The notes beneath the pieces are model-generated. The model ran no database searches. It was not told the origin of the DNA and saw only the letters and a list, made by a program, of their open reading frames with translations. A DNA stretch of 63,524 nt, the filler included, from Diploschistes diacapsis (taxonomy: Eukaryota), in NCBI GenBank assembly GCA_023645945.1. It is 23 parts of 23 records of this genome, joined end to end, with 100 filler letters (N's around TTAATTAATTAA, not from the genome) between each part and the next. Parts side by side here need not be neighbours in the genome. Positions count along the whole stretch, not along the records: positions 62,414 to 63,524 come from JALAIB010003914.1; 22 more parts are not named here. The stretch is one strand, 5' to 3'. The position numbers and the translations under genes are program-made. Shown in pieces: positions 62,314-63,524 of the stretch (positions are counted from its first letter, which is position 1; each line of letters starts with the position of its first letter).

Positions 62314-62627
62314 NNNNNNNNNNNNNNNNNNNNNNNNNNNNNNNNNNNNNNNNNNNNTTAATTAATTAANNNNNNNNNNNNNNNNNNNNNNNNNNNNNNN
62401 NNNNNNNNNNNNNTATACGGACACGATAATAAATCTATTAACACGAATATTACGATTAAAAATTTTAAAACACGGACATTTTCACGGATATTATATTGTA
62501 ATAAAAACACGGATACGGATATTACGGCTAAAAATTTTAAAACACGGATATTTCCACGGATACTGCACTATAGTAAAAGCACGAACACGGACATTATGGC
62601 TGAAAATTTTAAAATACGGATAATGCC

Positions 62628-63241
62628 TAGGCTGGCCGTTTCGTGCCACGGTCACTGACACGGACACTGCAGCAAAAATTTTCTCGACACGGACACTGAC
62701 ACGGACACTGCACTGTATTGAAAGCACGGACACGGACACTGCAATTAAAATTTTTAAAACACTGACACTGACACGGACAGTGCATTTCCGTGAATCCACG
62801 GACACGGACACCGCAGTAAAAAAATTTAAAACACTGACACTAACACGGACACTATAAGTGCAGTAAATTCACGGAAACACCGCAGTGTAATTTTTTTAAA
62901 AAAAAATAAAAGCGTGAGAAATAGGCGTGATAATTCCAGAATTATTAAAAAAAAAATTATTTAAAAGTAGGATGGCCGTTTCGTGCTACGGTCACTGACA
63001 CGGACACTACAATAAAAATTTTCTCGACACGGACACTGACACGGACACTGCACTATAATAAAAGCACGGACACGGACACTGTAATTAAAAATTTTAAAAC
63101 ATTAATACTGACACGGACACTATACTTCCGTAAATCCACGGACACGGACATCGTAGCTAAAAAATATAAAACACTGATACTGACACTATCAGTGTCCGTG
63201 TCACGGACACGGCCGTGTCAGTGTCAGTGACGGCCAGCCTA
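62628..63241 (+). mobile_element. Complete 614-bp hAT-like MITE with 8-bp target-site duplication, nested in a relative (62414-63282)
   Basis: 12-bp TIR TAGGCTGGCCGT/ACGGCCAGCCTA; flanks ATAATGCC (62620-62627) and ATACTGCC (63242-63249). Confidence 0.85.
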
Positions 63242-63282
63242 ATACTGCCACGGCCGTGTCAATATCCGTGACGGCCAGCCTA

Positions 63283-63524
63283 ATGTAAATATAAGCCATC
63301 TTAATCAAAACTTCCCCGTAAATTTATTTTATATAACTTTTGCCCCGATATAAGGTTCGCTTTTAACCCTAAAACATATATAACATATCCTAAATATAAA
63401 ATGCCATTACCATATTTCACCTTAACCTTCCCAGCGTAGTCTAAATAGAGTATTCTTTCCCCGACTTTGATTCGTCGTTTTCGAATAAAAATCAATTTTC
63501 TAAGCAGATGTAACTAATTAATCA
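63283..63524 (-). mobile_element. Ty1/copia pol fragment
   Basis: IKVGE...VIYVLGLKANLISG, the same region as the start of 42990. Confidence 0.65.

Noticed and set aside
62628..63241. ACACGGACAC arrays as a CRISPR array or satellite
   Set aside because: No unique spacers, irregular period, bounded by TIRs and a TSD, eukaryotic context.

Overview
Filamentous ascomycete (Pezizomycotina-type) nuclear DNA. The window is not contiguous: it is 23 contigs joined by an artificial 100-bp spacer (N44-TTAATTAATTAA-N44). Contig 1 (1-18962) carries RPB10, UTP17/NAN1, a Thr-rich secreted protein, a broken dipeptidyl-peptidase V, MDM12, a hypothetical gene, a GH31 alpha-glucosidase, L-arabinitol 4-dehydrogenase, a Zn2Cys6 factor and an LTR. 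Contig 2 (19063-38023) carries an Hsp70-like relic, eIF2A, a PB1/UBA-like protein, an MFS monocarboxylate transporter, a tRNA-Trp, a broken UDG-like/Cys-rich gene, mannose-6-phosphate isomerase and an F-box/LRR gene. The remaining 21 contigs (1111-1117 bp each) are RIP-degraded, nested transposon fragments (Ty1/copia, Ty3/gypsy, Fot1/pogo, a hAT-like MITE, a long-TIR element). The stand-out observation is the tRNA-Trp(CCA) gene at 30967-31097. Besides a normal 10-nt anticodon-loop intron, it has a 49-nt intron with complete spliceosomal signals (GTAAGT...CTAAC...CAG) between the D arm and the anticodon stem, and removing both restores a 72-nt cloverleaf. All family calls are by eye; no database searches were run.
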